From positions 1 to 41,219 of the forward strand of contig NEEC01000329.1 in NCBI GenBank assembly GCA_002189035.1: 41,219 bases of DNA, given 5' to 3'. The position numbers and the translations under genes were made by a program. This stretch comes from Utricularia gibba (taxonomy: Eukaryota; Plantae; Magnoliophyta). The notes under the pieces are model-generated. The model searched no databases, was not told the DNA's origin, and saw only the letters and a list, made by a program, of their open reading frames with translations. This document shows positions 40,701 to 41,219 of the stretch, piece after piece. How positions within the stretch are numbered: the first letter of the stretch is position 1; the number at the start of each line of letters is the position of its first letter.

Positions 40701-41219
40701 GAAGGCTAATATAAGGCAATAATTCGAGCTCTGATATATCGTCGACGACGAAGCTTCAAAACGGAAGATGACCGCCCTGGAATGAGCTTCGAAACGGTGT
40801 GTCGTGCGCAACGTGGCTCATCACGGTTTTCAAGATATCGATAAAATACGGAATGGTGCACGAGGCCTGCATCAGGTGTGGGTTGGAACACACCGTGGCA
40901 TTGTAAGGGATCGCCTCTAAAACGAAAATTTCACACCTTCCAATGAAATCCATATGTTTTGAAAGCGAGAAATCCATTCGCGTCGAATCGGAAGTCCGAG
41001 GTCGCATCATCGCGAACGTCGTGGCCACTTTGTGGCACAATTGAAGGGTAATATAAGGCAATAATTCGAGCTCTGATATATTGTCGGACGACGAAGCTTC
41101 CAAAACGGAAGATGACCCCTGGAATGAGCTTCGAAACGGTGTGTCGTGCGAAACGTGGCTCATCACGGTTTTCAAGATATCGATAAAATACGAATGGTGC
41201 ACGAGGCCTGCATCAGGTG

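Larger units (their letters stand above)
1..41219. repeat. Tandem satellite DNA array, ~342-bp monomer, ~121 complete copies, all in the same orientation
   Basis: The anchor AAAATACGGAATGG recurs throughout (TACGG at 5, 341, 681, 1019, 1360, 1702, 2042 ... 41189). Manual consensus, 342 bp: aaaatacggaatggtgcacgaggcctgcatcaggtgtgggttggaacacaaccgtggcattgtaagggatcgcctcaaaacaaaaatttcacaccttccaatgaaatgcatatgttttgaagcgagaaatcccattcgcgtcgaatcggaagtccgaggtcgcatcatcgcgaacgtcgtggccactttgtggcacaattgaaggctaatataaggcaataattcgagctctgatacatcgtcggacgacgaagcttcaaaacggaagatgaccgcctggaatgagcttcgaaacggtgtgtcgtgcgcaacgtggctcatcacggttttcaagatatcgac. The only non-monomer sequence is ~20-45 bp at 35957. The array runs off both ends of the window. 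Confidence 0.98.

Noticed and set aside
11-41202. Several hundred ORFs of 60-319 aa in the ORF track
   Set aside because: All are translations of the same 342-bp monomer in different frames, starting and stopping at indels. There is no unique coding sequence, no recognisable domain, and variants are mostly non-synonymous in the open frame.
1-41219. CRISPR array
   Set aside because: There are no unique spacers; the entire 342-bp unit repeats, and no cas genes are present.
1-41219. Rolling-circle concatemer of a ~342-nt circle (viroid-like RNA, eccDNA or amplification artefact)
   Set aside because: Copies fall into several linked substitution haplotypes ~8% apart with an ordered arrangement, which copying of a single circular template would not produce. 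I saw no rod-like self-complementarity or valid ribozyme.

Overview
The whole window is one uninterrupted, head-to-tail tandem array of a ~342-bp monomer. By manual count there are 121 complete copies plus ~35 bp of a 122nd, mean spacing ~340 bp, consensus ~48% GC. It has the architecture of eukaryotic satellite DNA (centromeric/pericentromeric or knob-like). I do not recognise the family or the host. I found no genes, RNA genes, transposons, inversions or CRISPR arrays; every ORF in the track is a frameshifted translation of the same monomer. The real structure lies in the variants. Linked substitutions define three monomer types (P, Q, R; P vs Q about 8% divergent), arranged as an imperfect P-Q dimer / R-P-Q trimer higher-order repeat, and their proportions change along the window. 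Small deletions fall preferentially on the biallelic positions that separate the types. This suggests the sequence is a blended long-read consensus, so the true higher-order structure may be cleaner and the copy number is uncertain. The monomer is rich in short dyads and CpG and contains a degenerate ~30-bp internal subrepeat. There is one short non-monomer junction at ~35,957. I found no supportable novel gene system; a hammerhead-like look-alike and a stop-free minus-strand frame were examined and look non-functional. All counts are by eye.
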